A stretch of DNA of 30,995 nt from Infirmifilum sp. Lineage in GTDB: Archaea > Thermoproteota > Thermoprotei > Thermofilales > Thermofilaceae. Made by a program: the position numbers and the translations under genes. Of the stretch, positions 8,573-18,680 are shown in pieces (positions within the stretch are counted from its first letter, which is position 1; every line of letters begins with the position of its first letter). The notes below the pieces were generated by a model, which searched no databases, was not told where the DNA came from, and saw only the letters and a program-made list of their open reading frames with translations. The stretch spans positions 1 to 30,995 of the forward strand of contig JBEULP010000002.1 in assembly GCA_041287245.1 (NCBI GenBank), in the 5' to 3' direction.

Positions 8573-9064
8573 ATGGGCTGCACAGATTTCCTACTTTCGA
8601 GGCGTAGCATCAGGAGGTTTAAGCCTGACCCTGTCCCCGAGGAGCTTCTCAGAAAAGCCTTAGAACTCGCCAGGTTCGCACCTAGCGCCCATAACGGCCA
8701 GCCTTGGCGTTTCTACGTGGTGAGGGACAGGAAAAAACTCGAGAAGCTGGCGCGGATACACAGGTGGTCCAAACCAATTTTAAATGCACCACTGGCCGTC
8801 ATAGTCTTCTCGGACTCCTCAGCCTCCCCGAGGTCGCACGTCGTAGACGGCTCTATAGCGGCGACGTACCTGTGGCTCGCTCTACACTGCGTCGGACTCG
8901 CCACCGTTTGGATATACACGCTGGAGCAAGTTGAGGAGATAAGAAGCATAGTTGGGGCTCCTGAAAACCTATATCCAATCGCTATTTTTCCAGTGGGCTT
9001 CCCGGGTGAGTCGCCGCCTCCCCGGCCCAGGAAAAGCCTGGACGAGATTGTAGTTGAAGTCTAG
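8573..9064 (+). CDS. Nitroreductase family protein
   Basis: RRSIRRF, APSAHNGQPWRF. Confidence 0.93.
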   Translation: MGCTDFLLSRRSIRRFKPDPVPEELLRKALELARFAPSAHNGQPWRFYVVRDRKKLEKLARIHRWSKPILNAPLAVIVFSDSSASPRSHVVDGSIAATYLWLALHCVGLATVWIYTLEQVEEIRSIVGAPENLYPIAIFPVGFPGESPPPRPRKSLDEIVVEV

Positions 9065-9471
9065 TGTTTTATCCAGTCTCTCTTCAACATCTCTGGGAAT
9101 CTCTCAACTAGGAATGCGCACCTCGCAATAGTGTCTCTGCTGACCTCTCGAGACCTAGGGCATAAGGGGTCAGGGAACACCCACAGGCCGGGGGCGTAGA
9201 TGAGGGGGTATAGCCTGCAAGCTAGGGGTCTGAACTCATAGATGCGGCATTTACCCGTTTCAGGGTCTAGGAATATACACGCATTGTTCTTTCTCTTCAA
9301 AACAGGTATTCCGTCGATCCATTCAACATAGAGGTGTGGGTCGCCGAGGGCTTTCTCGATTTTTTCAAGGTCAGACTTGAGGAGCGGAACTACTGCTCTC
9401 CTGCAACACTTCCCGCAATATCCTTTCTCGTCCCTGCAGTCCAGCTCTACGTTGCAGCTGGTACTGTCCAT
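9061..9471 (-). CDS. YkgJ / UPF0153 cysteine-cluster protein
   Basis: CGKCC, CIFLD...CRIYEFRPLACRLYP. Confidence 0.9.
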   Translation of the reverse strand: MDSTSCNVELDCRDEKGYCGKCCRRAVVPLLKSDLEKIEKALGDPHLYVEWIDGIPVLKRKNNACIFLDPETGKCRIYEFRPLACRLYPLIYAPGLWVFPDPLCPRSREVSRDTIARCAFLVERFPEMLKRDWIKH

Positions 9472-9607
9472 GGGACGCGCTATGCTAATAGATAAGGTGC
9501 TTAATTGTTTTTCCGTAACCCTGCAGAGGAAATACGAATCTTATAGCTACAAGTCTCAAACCTGAGAAGCTGCTCCTTGGGTTTTTTACCTGGCTTTTCC
9601 GAGTGTG

Positions 9608-10504
9608 TTATGGGGTGATCCCGGTGAACTTTTTCACGATCTCGCCGAAGAGGTAGCCTATGATCACGACGAGGAATATCAGCCCTATGTTTTCAACGTA
9701 GTCCCTTTTGAAGGCGCGATCCATCACGACGGCGCTGTAGAAAGAGAATACTCCGAGGACTATGAAGGCGAGGGCTAAAGAGAGAATTAACGCCTGGAGT
9801 ATTGGCAGGCCAGCAAGGAAGGGCGCTGTGAGGAGCACGACCGTCAACATGTACATAACCCCTGTAACTGCTGCCGTAGTCCCCGGAGACCTCCCACGCT
9901 CCTGCTTTGACTGGAGGTACGCGGCTGCAGCCATAGACATAGAGGCGCTGACTCCCACGATGAGCCCTGCAATCCCCGTCGTTACGGACGACGAGGTGTA
10001 GCCCAGGAAGCCCGCGTGAACCCCTGATAGCTCTATTATAGCGTCGCTCATCCCCAGGGCGATCGCCCCCAGGTGCTTGACCGCGAACTCTTCAATCTGG
10101 TTTGCCAGCGCGGACTCGTGTTTTCGTTCGTCCTCTATTATTCTCTCGAGTATCCGTTGATCCTCCGGTCCTAGCAGGCCGGAGTTGAGTATTTCACGGT
10201 ATTCCTCGACCACGCTGCCCTCATGCCTTTCCAGGAACTTTATCGTGAATATCTTTCCGAATATTCTTGAGAGAGCTAGTAGCAAGCGCAGCCTTGCCTT
10301 GTCGCGCTGCTCCAGCGTTACGCTCCCCGAGAACTTCGACCAGAACTCGTAGTGCATGCGCTCCTGTTCAGACATTCTTAAGAGAAGCTCGCGGTTCTCA
10401 GGGTTTTTCTCGCGTTTAGCCAGCTCTGAGTAGAGTAGAGAGTCGAAAAGCTCGTCTAAAGCGTATTCGCGTGCCTTGGGAGAGATCTGGATCCCGGCCT
10501 GCAT
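9608..10504 (-). CDS. Rubrerythrin/ferritin-like domain fused to a VIT1/CCC1 membrane domain
   Basis: ExxH motifs (EQERMH, EDERKH) followed by LGMSDAIIE and SMSMAAAAYL transmembrane helices. ATG at 10504. Confidence 0.88.
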   Translation of the reverse strand: MQAGIQISPKAREYALDELFDSLLYSELAKREKNPENRELLLRMSEQERMHYEFWSKFSGSVTLEQRDKARLRLLLALSRIFGKIFTIKFLERHEGSVVEEYREILNSGLLGPEDQRILERIIEDERKHESALANQIEEFAVKHLGAIALGMSDAIIELSGVHAGFLGYTSSSVTTGIAGLIVGVSASMSMAAAAYLQSKQERGRSPGTTAAVTGVMYMLTVVLLTAPFLAGLPILQALILSLALAFIVLGVFSFYSAVVMDRAFKRDYVENIGLIFLVVIIGYLFGEIVKKFTGITP

Positions 10505-10566
10505 GAAAAACCCACTTAAACCTATGCAACTAGGATTAAACATTTTTCGCCTGTAGGAAAAGAAGG

Positions 10567-11283
10567 TCACTTTTCCTTGAAGAAGAGTCTCTCCAGCGGG
10601 ACACCCTTGAACTCCTCCGCCAATCCCTGCTTAACGACCTTACCTCCTACTAGAACGGCTACTCTCTCGGCCACGTCTAGGGCTCGAGCAACGTTCTGCT
10701 CGACTAGGAGGACGGCTGTTCCACGGGTCTCCCGTATCTCCTTGATCTTCGACATCAACACGAGGCCCGCTTTAGGCGAGAGCCCGGCGGTGGGCTCGTC
10801 TAGCAGGAGGACGTTAGGGTTTGTCATCAGTGCCCTGGCAACTGCGAGCATCTGTCTCTCACCGCCGCTTAGAGTCTTTGCTTTCTGTTTTCGTCTTCTC
10901 TTGATCTCGGGGAATAATTCGAGGACATCCTCGATATCCCTTTGTACATTTGGGTCTCTTCCTCTCGTGTAGGCGCCCACGACTAGGTTCTCCTCCACTG
11001 TCAGGTTTGGGAACACGTTGTCCAGCTGTGGAGAGTAGCTTATACCCTTCCTCACTATTTCCGCTGGCTTGAGCCCCGTGATCTTCTCCCCGTTGAGGTA
11101 GACCTCGCCTCCGTGTATCGTCGCTATGCCGAATATGCTGTTGAGGAGCGTTGTCTTGCCCGCACCGTTGGGCCCGAGGACTGTAAGGATCTCGCCTTTC
11201 CCTAGTTCGAGGCTTACACCGTCGATAACCCTCATCTTCCCATATCCGCTGCGAAGCTCCACTACCCTCAACACTTCAACCAC
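10567..11283 (-). CDS. livF: Branched-chain amino acid ABC transporter ATPase
   Basis: GPNGAGKT, LSGGERQMLA, LLLDEP, VEQN. Confidence 0.9.
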   Translation of the reverse strand: MVEVLRVVELRSGYGKMRVIDGVSLELGKGEILTVLGPNGAGKTTLLNSIFGIATIHGGEVYLNGEKITGLKPAEIVRKGISYSPQLDNVFPNLTVEENLVVGAYTRGRDPNVQRDIEDVLELFPEIKRRRKQKAKTLSGGERQMLAVARALMTNPNVLLLDEPTAGLSPKAGLVLMSKIKEIRETRGTAVLLVEQNVARALDVAERVAVLVGGKVVKQGLAEEFKGVPLERLFFKEK

Positions 11284-12043
11284 CTATGTAGGCGTCTATG
11301 ACCTTCTTGTCCTGGATGACCTCGTCCGGCTTGCCCTCCGCTAGAAGCTGCCCGTTATGCATCACGAAGACATAGTCTACGTACTGCATCAGTATCTCGA
11401 GCCTGTGCTCGACTATGAAGAACGTGTAGCCCTCCGATCGAAGCTCGCTTACAAGCTTGAAGAGACCGTGCGCCGCGCTGGCCTCCACGCCCGCGGCGGG
11501 CTCGTCTAGAAGGAAGAGCCTAGCGTTAACCATAAGTCCCCTGATCGTCTCTAGAAGCTTTATGTGCGCACCGCTCAGCTCCGACACCCTTGCATACGCA
11601 TACTCCAGCAGCCCGAACCTCTTCAGAAGTGTTAGCGCCTTGCGCGCCAGCTGCCTCTCCTCGTCCCCCCACTCTGAGGGCCGCAGGGCCTTCAGCGGGT
11701 CTTCACCCCTCTGGTAGAGCGGCGTGACTAGAAGGTTCTCCAAGACGGTGAGGGTCTTGAAGAGCCTGGGAATCTGGAACGTTCTAACAATACCCTTTGC
11801 GAAGACCTCGTTTGGGTTTAGCCCGTCGATCCTCTCCTGTCCAGCACCGTTGTTAAACCAGACCTCCCCCTTGTCCGGCACGTAGAAGCCTGTCACCACG
11901 TTGAAGAGCGTTGTCTTGCCGCTCCCATTGGGGCCTATTAGCCCAACTATACCTCTCTCAGGTACGGCGAGGGACACGTTGTCGAGGGCGACGATCCCCC
12001 CGAACCTCTTGCTAACGCCGTTAACCTCAAGCGCACTAGGCAT
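11276..12043 (-). CDS. livG: Branched-chain amino acid ABC transporter ATPase
   Basis: FGGIVAL, GPNGSGKT, RTFQ, LLDEPAAG, C-terminal VIDAYIG. ATG at 12043. Confidence 0.9.
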   Translation of the reverse strand: MPSALEVNGVSKRFGGIVALDNVSLAVPERGIVGLIGPNGSGKTTLFNVVTGFYVPDKGEVWFNNGAGQERIDGLNPNEVFAKGIVRTFQIPRLFKTLTVLENLLVTPLYQRGEDPLKALRPSEWGDEERQLARKALTLLKRFGLLEYAYARVSELSGAHIKLLETIRGLMVNARLFLLDEPAAGVEASAAHGLFKLVSELRSEGYTFFIVEHRLEILMQYVDYVFVMHNGQLLAEGKPDEVIQDKKVIDAYIGG

Positions 12044-13082
12044 TGGCCTCACCCTCCCGGGCTTTTTCAACCTCTTCCCAGGCTACAGTGTTAACTCTGC
12101 CCTCGGGGAAGAGCCCCTGGGGCTTGTAGAGCAGGATGGCTACGATAAGGAAGCCTACAAGCAGGCCACGGACGTAGTCAGGGGATATTACTGTGAAGCC
12201 AAGCTGGGGTGTTATGAATGAGAGAGCCCTGTCGAAGAAGGTGAGTATGGCTGAGCCGACAAGGGCGCCTCTAAGGTTGCCCATGCCTCCCAGTATTATC
12301 ATGGCCCAGACGTTGAACGTCACTGCTGGGACAAACATGTCGGGGTTTACGGCCGTCATATAATACGCTAGGAGTACCCCTGCTATTCCTGTGAAGCCTG
12401 AGCCTATTAGGAGAACCTTGGCTTTCAGCTTGGGAACGTCTTTACCGAGGCACAGCGCAGCTATCTCATCGTCCCTGAGAGCCCTGAGAGTTCTCCCGAG
12501 TGGTGAGTTGACGAGTCTGTGCATCACGACGTAGGTTACTGCCAGGGTGGCTAGCACGACTAGGAGGAATAATGTATCTCTTAACCTGGGGTTGGGGATC
12601 CAGGCGAACGGTCCCGGTATGCTCATCAAGCCCCTGCTACCACCCGCAGGGTCGTAGTGTTGGAGGAAGATTCTGAAAAGCTCCCCCGTAGAGAGAAGGG
12701 TGAAGCCTACGAAGGCGGGGCCCACGCGGATAATCGGGTAGCTGAGCAGGTAGCCTGCAACCCCGGCTGCGACGAATGCTAGGAGAAGCGAAGCGGCGAA
12801 GAGAGCCAGGCTTAATAGGGGCTGCTTCGTCGAGAGCTGGCCTAGCAGGACCACTGCCTGTACGTCATAGGGTGGTGTTTTCGCCAGGTCCACCCCGTTT
12901 AGCATTAGAAAGAGGTATATTGTCAAGATAGCTCCTATGTAAGCGCCGATGGCGTAGAAGAAAACCTTACCAAAGTTGGTGACTCCGCTAGTGCCGGACT
13001 CGAAGTTTAGGGTTACAGCTAGAATCGCGTAGATGCCGAAGAAAGTTAGCCAGCTTATGAGAAAGCCTGGAATGTCTATCAT
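12036..13082 (-). CDS. livM: Branched-chain amino acid ABC transporter permease
   Basis: SPLGRTLRALRDDEIAA, ILGGMGN, PQGLFPE; multiple TM helices. Confidence 0.9.
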   Translation of the reverse strand: MIDIPGFLISWLTFFGIYAILAVTLNFESGTSGVTNFGKVFFYAIGAYIGAILTIYLFLMLNGVDLAKTPPYDVQAVVLLGQLSTKQPLLSLALFAASLLLAFVAAGVAGYLLSYPIIRVGPAFVGFTLLSTGELFRIFLQHYDPAGGSRGLMSIPGPFAWIPNPRLRDTLFLLVVLATLAVTYVVMHRLVNSPLGRTLRALRDDEIAALCLGKDVPKLKAKVLLIGSGFTGIAGVLLAYYMTAVNPDMFVPAVTFNVWAMIILGGMGNLRGALVGSAILTFFDRALSFITPQLGFTVISPDYVRGLLVGFLIVAILLYKPQGLFPEGRVNTVAWEEVEKAREGEANA

Positions 13083-14032
13083 CTACCCACCACCTTTTTA
13101 CGAAATCGGTAGGGAAGACCCCCTGCTGCCCCGAGTGGAGGAGAGAGAATAAGGATCGTTAGCAGTGTAAGGAAGGTTAAGAAGGGCCTAAAACTTATAG
13201 GAACTCCGAAATAGGTGTTTAGGAAGGCTATACCCATGTTCTCGATAAAGGCAATAGCCAGAGCGCCTAGCCCCGTCCTCGTCAAAGAGACTAGCCCGCC
13301 GATAAAACTCACCGTGAACACCTGGAGTATCATCGCGTCCCCCGAGGTCGGCGTCACAGTCCCGGTGAAGCTGGTCCAGATAGCCCCTCCCACAGCGGCA
13401 ATCCCGCCCGTTATAAGCCAGGTGAGGGTTATTATTAGTCCTCTGGGGACCCCTGAGACCTCAGCTAGGATAGGGTTGTCTGATACTGCTCTCATAGCCT
13501 TTCCAAGCCTAGTCTTTTCGAGGAAGAAGTATAGGAGCGAGAGAATGACTGTGACGGCTACTGAGGTGGCTACTAAGCTTGGTGGGAGCTCAAACCCGCC
13601 TAGGGACAGCCCGGGAACATCGACGTATAGAATCCTGCCGTAGGAGACGAAGTTCACGTTAGTGTAGAAGTGGGCTACGTCTGCAAGCATGTATAGAATG
13701 TAGTTGTACATTATCCACAGACCCATGGAGGATATCATGATTAGGTTCATAGATGCTCCTCTGCTCTCTAGAGGCCGGAAAACGAGAAAGTAGTTTACCA
13801 CGGCTATAGCTCCACCCACAAGGAACGCTAGGATGGAGGCTATGACTAAACTTCTACTCCCGAAGATGCCGTTAAGGAAGACGGCTGTATATATACCATA
13901 GGTTATGAAGTTGGCGTGTGCAAAGTTGATGACGCGTGTAGTCTTATAGCTTAGAGTTAGGGGTATGGAGAATAGAAGGTAGAAAAAAGTGTACTGGATA
14001 AAATTCGTTAAAATAGAAAGGTCAAATAGCAT
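13079..14032 (-). CDS. livH: Branched-chain amino acid ABC transporter permease
   Basis: VINFAH, TRLGKAMRAVSDNP; multiple TM helices. ATG at 14032. Confidence 0.88.
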   Translation of the reverse strand: MLFDLSILTNFIQYTFFYLLFSIPLTLSYKTTRVINFAHANFITYGIYTAVFLNGIFGSRSLVIASILAFLVGGAIAVVNYFLVFRPLESRGASMNLIMISSMGLWIMYNYILYMLADVAHFYTNVNFVSYGRILYVDVPGLSLGGFELPPSLVATSVAVTVILSLLYFFLEKTRLGKAMRAVSDNPILAEVSGVPRGLIITLTWLITGGIAAVGGAIWTSFTGTVTPTSGDAMILQVFTVSFIGGLVSLTRTGLGALAIAFIENMGIAFLNTYFGVPISFRPFLTFLTLLTILILSPPLGAAGGLPYRFRKKVVGR

Positions 14033-14051
14033 GGTATAAAAAACACCTCTT

Positions 14052-15326
14052 TTACGGGTATGGGTTCTCAAAGAATACTATTGAACCCCTCTCATACGCA
14101 CCAACGTCCTTGAACTCGTAGCCGCTTGCTCCTTTGACAATGGCCCACACGCCGTAGTCCTGGTTAGCCTTGTCGCCGTTTGCGTCGAAGATCGTCCACC
14201 CGCTTACACCGTAGTAATTCTTTGCAACCTGTACGAGGGCGTTTCTAATAGCGTTACCGTCGTTCGAGCCAGCTCTAAGTATCGCCCAGCCGGCCAGCTG
14301 CACAGCGTCGTAAAGGGTGTCGCAGAACACCGTAGCCTCTACTCCATACTTAGTCTTGAGCCTCTGTTTAAAATCATCGTAGAGCGGGTTCCCCACAAAC
14401 ATCGGCCTCGTACCCAGGAGTTTAACCTTAGCTGCAAAAGCTCCTACAGCAGGCGCGAGAAGCTCGCTTGCGCCGTGAGGCCCCTCAGACAAGAACCACC
14501 TGACGCTGGCGAGAGCTGGGGTCTCAGCAGCGTGGGACAGTATGTTTCCACCATCGGTGTCGAACGAGATGAGGACCACAGCGTCCGCCTTTTCAGACTG
14601 AACCTTGCTGGCGAGGCCAGCAACCTCAGCTGCGTAGTCGGAAAGGTCTGACTGGTATGGCACGTCCACCGCTGTGCCCCCGAGCTGGGTGAAGTATTTC
14701 TTAAAGAAGTCGGCGAAGGCGTTTCCATACTCGTCGTTCCTGTGGAATACGATGACCTTCCTCGCACCCTCCTGGAATGCGAGAGTAGCTATCACCCTCG
14801 CTTGGCCCGCGTCGCTACCCACCGTTCTGAAGATAAAGTCATTTGGAATTGCGAGCGTCGGGGCAGTCGAGGAGGGGGATATGATCACAATCTGGTTGCT
14901 GTCGGCGAAGCTCTTCACAGCCTTGACCTGGGAGCTTGCGGCTGGACCGATCACGACCTTTATGCCCTGCTGAGCGAAAGTCTGGACGTTCTGAACAGCC
15001 TTTTGAACATCGGTGCCGTCGTCCAGTATCACAGGCTTAAACTCGACGTTAAACCCGTAGGCCTGCACGTTCTGATTTAAATCGTCAATAGCGAGGTAGA
15101 CCACCTTTTCCCAAATCTTCCCGATGGACGAGAGCGAGCCAGTAAGGGGAAGGGTGAAGCCTATCTGGATTACCTGTTTAGGATTCTGGACAGGAGCCCC
15201 CGAGCTAGGCGCCAGTGCTCCGGAAGCTGCGAACCCGATAGCCACGCCTACGAGAAGGGCGATAACTGCTATGGCGATAACCTTCACGTCAAATAAACCG
15301 GAGATGCCCTTTGCTGTCGCACTCAT
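14052..15326 (-). CDS. ABC substrate-binding protein, LivK/PBP type 1 family
   Basis: IGFTLPLTG, VVIGPAASS, SPSSTAPTL, FIFRT, NDEYG; N-terminal hydrophobic anchor. Confidence 0.9.
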   Translation of the reverse strand: MSATAKGISGLFDVKVIAIAVIALLVGVAIGFAASGALAPSSGAPVQNPKQVIQIGFTLPLTGSLSSIGKIWEKVVYLAIDDLNQNVQAYGFNVEFKPVILDDGTDVQKAVQNVQTFAQQGIKVVIGPAASSQVKAVKSFADSNQIVIISPSSTAPTLAIPNDFIFRTVGSDAGQARVIATLAFQEGARKVIVFHRNDEYGNAFADFFKKYFTQLGGTAVDVPYQSDLSDYAAEVAGLASKVQSEKADAVVLISFDTDGGNILSHAAETPALASVRWFLSEGPHGASELLAPAVGAFAAKVKLLGTRPMFVGNPLYDDFKQRLKTKYGVEATVFCDTLYDAVQLAGWAILRAGSNDGNAIRNALVQVAKNYYGVSGWTIFDANGDKANQDYGVWAIVKGASGYEFKDVGAYERGSIVFFENPYP

Positions 15327-15534
15327 TGCTCTCTCACCCCCTATTGGGGTGTTAGAACCTTTATTATACAGTCTTTTTAAACATTTTTTTGAAAATTAAG
15401 TATAATTTACATTTTTCCTAGCTAGATTCTATACTTCCTTCATATTTTAGCATAATTTGAGGGTGCCCCCCTCAATAAAAATTAAGGAAAACTAGAAGAA
15501 TACTTTTGAAGCTCTGTCTACCCTAGTAGGGCGT

Positions 15535-16467
15535 CTACGGATTAAAGCCTAGCTTTCTCAGCTCAGCCTCAACCTCCTGCGCTGAGGGTATCTCATGGGA
15601 CCCAAGTCTCGTCACTTTTATACCTGCAACAACGGTGGCGAACCTCACCGCCTCGCGCAACGGGTACCTCTTAAGCCCCCATATGATGCCAGCCGCTAGC
15701 GCGTCCCCAGCACCTGTAGTGTCGACGACCTTGCCCGGAAGGTACGAGGGCACCTCAAACTCTTCGTCTCGAGTAGCGACGTAGACCCCCCTCCCGCCCC
15801 TCTTTATGACAACGATTCTTACACCAGTGTCGAGCAACACCTGCGCCGCACTCCTGAAGTCTTCCTCTCCCGTTATAGCATTAGCCTCCACCTCGTTGGG
15901 AAGAATAAGGTCAGCCTGTGATATGACAGGCTTTAAAGCCTCGAGACCGAGACGCGCGAGGCGCCTTCCCGGGTCGAAGGATACAAAAGCGCCCTTCTCC
16001 TTGGCTGCTCTCGCAGCAACGGCCGATGTGTCGACGCGTAGGCTTGCGATGTGTACGTTTTTCGTCTTCTCGAATATCCGTGCGTTTATCTCCTCGGGCG
16101 TAAGCTCCTCGGAGACGCCCTTGTGCCCGTACATTAGTATCTGCCCCGTGGAGTCTATCACTACGATGGTGAATCCTGTTTTACCGTTTGTAGCTTTTAT
16201 CCTAATGTTTGAAACGTCGACACCCTCCTTTACAAGGTCCTCTAGGGCATTCTTCCCGAAGTCGTCGAAGCCTATCTTGGCTATGACAGCCGATGTACCC
16301 CCTAGGCGCCGAATGCCTATAGCGACGTTCGCCGCGGAGCCCCCGACGCCGTGGCTCTGGCTTAGGATTGTGCTCTCCCTGTCGGGTGTGGCGAACCTGT
16401 CCACGCTAAACCTGAGGTCGAGTAGTACGTGTCCTACCGTTATTACGTCGTAAAAGTCCAGGAGCAT
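15535..16467 (-). CDS. PfkB/ribokinase-family kinase (PFK-B or ribose-1-phosphate kinase-like)
   Basis: GGSAANVA, DTTGAGD; 2 nt downstream of the aldolase. Confidence 0.9.
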   Translation of the reverse strand: MLLDFYDVITVGHVLLDLRFSVDRFATPDRESTILSQSHGVGGSAANVAIGIRRLGGTSAVIAKIGFDDFGKNALEDLVKEGVDVSNIRIKATNGKTGFTIVVIDSTGQILMYGHKGVSEELTPEEINARIFEKTKNVHIASLRVDTSAVAARAAKEKGAFVSFDPGRRLARLGLEALKPVISQADLILPNEVEANAITGEEDFRSAAQVLLDTGVRIVVIKRGGRGVYVATRDEEFEVPSYLPGKVVDTTGAGDALAAGIIWGLKRYPLREAVRFATVVAGIKVTRLGSHEIPSAQEVEAELRKLGFNP

Positions 16468-16469
16468 CG

Positions 16470-17282
16470 CTACTCCGCCTTCTTAATCGCCTCCTTGGGG
16501 TCAAGCCCGTCGTGAACCACGGCTGCAATAGCCTTCGCAGCCCCGGAGGGGTTCTCATGCTGGAAAATGTTCCTCCCAACTACCACGCCTTGAGCCCCCG
16601 CGTCCATCACGCTCTTCACGACGTATAGGAAGTCCAGGAGGGTTTTAGCTTTCGCACCACCGCTCATGAGGACAGGCACGCCTGCAGCCGTTTTCACAAC
16701 CTCGCGGAAACTCTCGGTGCTACCGGTGTAATAGGTCTTTATCAGGTCTGCGCCACTCTCGATCGCAGCCCTAACCCCGTAGCGCACAACCTCGACGTCG
16801 TACCTGTTTTTGATAGCAGGCCCCCTCGGGTATGAAAGCTGGAGGGATGGGAGACCAAGCTTCTCTGCCTCACGCTTCACCGAGAACCATTGTCTCAGCA
16901 TCTCATCCTCGTATTGGCTTCCCCAGTAGACGGTTGCCGCTACAGCCTCTGCCCCAAGTGCGACCGCGTCTTCGACCCAGCCGAAGGTTGATTGCAGGAG
17001 CTTAGCATCCTCGGGCCTCAGGCTTGTCTTACTCGTGACCTTCACGATCAGGGGGACCTTACCCGCCCACACCTCGCTGGTAAGGTAAGCCATCCCCGGG
17101 AGAAGCATAATCGCGTCGACATGATTAACAACCTTCTCAAGTATCTTCTTTGGATATATCGTATCACCTGGGAAGTCGCCTGGGCCATGCTCCACGCCGT
17201 GGTCGAAGGCGAAGATTAGGCTCTTCCCACCAGGTAGTAACCTGTTAAGCCTAACCCTCTTACCTATATAGGCATAGCTCAT
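16470..17282 (-). CDS. fba: Archaeal class I (DhnA-type) fructose-bisphosphate aldolase
   Basis: [21 protein letters not shown] (Schiff-base Lys), SGG, GRNIFQ. ATG 17282 follows an AGGTGG RBS. Confidence 0.85.
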   Translation of the reverse strand: MSYAYIGKRVRLNRLLPGGKSLIFAFDHGVEHGPGDFPGDTIYPKKILEKVVNHVDAIMLLPGMAYLTSEVWAGKVPLIVKVTSKTSLRPEDAKLLQSTFGWVEDAVALGAEAVAATVYWGSQYEDEMLRQWFSVKREAEKLGLPSLQLSYPRGPAIKNRYDVEVVRYGVRAAIESGADLIKTYYTGSTESFREVVKTAAGVPVLMSGGAKAKTLLDFLYVVKSVMDAGAQGVVVGRNIFQHENPSGAAKAIAAVVHDGLDPKEAIKKAE

Positions 17283-17354
17283 TCCATCCACCTTGTATTT
17301 TTTATGAGAGACTCCTATATGTAGAGTATGTAATTACGTGTCATAATACTGCCA

Positions 17355-18680
17355 TCAATAGAGCCTGTTTTGCAGCCCGTCGAAGTGCTCCTCGAAGCTC
17401 TCCACCGCGCGTGCGGCGAGCTCCTCATCAGCCGGCACGCCGTCATACACTAACAGCCTCCCCGCTACAATAACGTTCTTCACAGCCCTGCAGGCCCCCG
17501 AGAAGACCAGATTTCCAACGGTGTTCGCCGGAGGCTCCATGAAAGGGGCCTTCAAGTCGAGTAGTACGAGATCCGCGTAGGCACCTGGCTTTACAACCCC
17601 CAGCCTGTCCTCTAAGCCGAGAGCCCGCGCCCCGTTTACGGTAGCTGCGTCCAAAGCCTGCTGTGCAGACGCGAGTGTTTCCCGGGATAGAGCCCTCTGC
17701 ATTAGCGTGAACACCCTCATCTCCTGAAACATGTCCATCGTATTGTTGCTCGCAGCTCCATCCGTACCCAGCCCAACGTTCAAACCCCTGGAAATCATAC
17801 GCAGGGCAGGGGCGATCCCATTAGCGAGTTTTGCGTTGCTGGAAGGGCAGTGTGCAACGCTAACGCCATGCTTAGCGAGCGTGTCGATATCTAGAGCTGA
17901 GACGTTCACGGCGTGAGCCGCGACCAGCCGGGGGCTTAGAACGCCCAGCTTCTCGAGTAGAAGAGTCTCACTCACCCCGTAAAACTTTCTAGCTAGGCGC
18001 TCGTTTACACGGCTCTCGGAGAGGTGTGTATGGATAAAAAGGTTGTTCTCTCTTGCGGCTTGGGAGGCGAGCCTTAGAAGCTCGGGGCTGCTGCTCGGAA
18101 ACCCTACAGGGCCTAGCCCTACCCGCACGAGGGGGTGGTTTCTAAACTTGAGCGCTAATTGAACAGCCTTTTCCACAACCTCCTCCGGATCACCTGTTCT
18201 CGGGAAGCCGCTGGGACCAGTCTCAACGGTGTCGACGAGAGCTACAGCCTCGAAGAGCCTAACACCCACTTCTAGGGCGGCCTCGATCACCTGGTTCGCC
18301 TGGACCTCCATGTCCAGGAACGTAGTGGTGCCGCAGAGGACGCCTTCGATAAACGCAAGCCTGGCTGCAGCTCTAGCAGCCTCATCGTCCATGCCCTCAT
18401 AGAACCTATCCATCCTGTACAGCCACGACATGAGTGGGTAGTCGTCGAACAAACCTCTTGCGATTATCTGTGTAGCGTGGGTGTGCAGGTTGACAAGCCC
18501 TGGAATCACGGCCATGTCTCGCCCGTCTATTTCAAGGTCAAAGTCATAGCCCGCAAGTCTCTCTAGGGGGGCTACAGCCTTGATGATACTATCCTCGATG
18601 TAGATGGACTCCCCCCTGAGAATACCCCTGCCGGGATCCTGGGTTACCACAACCCTTGGGTTCTTAATGAGTATTTTCAT
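17355..18680 (-). CDS. Metal-dependent amidohydrolase (MTA/SAH or nucleoside deaminase-like)
   Basis: PGLVNLHTH, HTHLSE, HCPSSNAKL, GTDGAASNN. Confidence 0.88.
   Translation of the reverse strand: MKILIKNPRVVVTQDPGRGILRGESIYIEDSIIKAVAPLERLAGYDFDLEIDGRDMAVIPGLVNLHTHATQIIARGLFDDYPLMSWLYRMDRFYEGMDDEAARAAARLAFIEGVLCGTTTFLDMEVQANQVIEAALEVGVRLFEAVALVDTVETGPSGFPRTGDPEEVVEKAVQLALKFRNHPLVRVGLGPVGFPSSSPELLRLASQAARENNLFIHTHLSESRVNERLARKFYGVSETLLLEKLGVLSPRLVAAHAVNVSALDIDTLAKHGVSVAHCPSSNAKLANGIAPALRMISRGLNVGLGTDGAASNNTMDMFQEMRVFTLMQRALSRETLASAQQALDAATVNGARALGLEDRLGVVKPGAYADLVLLDLKAPFMEPPANTVGNLVFSGACRAVKNVIVAGRLLVYDGVPADEELAARAVESFEEHFDGLQNRLY

Noticed and set aside
15360..15530. Replication origin in the AT-rich gap
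   Set aside because: No ORB repeats and no cdc6/orc1 or whiP gene nearby
15806..16453. Long antisense ORF; similar ones at 24602-25216, 13215-13643 and 2851-3267
   Set aside because: Antisense shadows of well-supported genes
17295..17350. Palindromes upstream of fba (GTAATTAC; TTATGA/TCATAA) as a TrmBL1/TGM site
   Set aside because: Does not match TATCAC-N5-GTGATA, and short AT-rich palindromes are expected by chance
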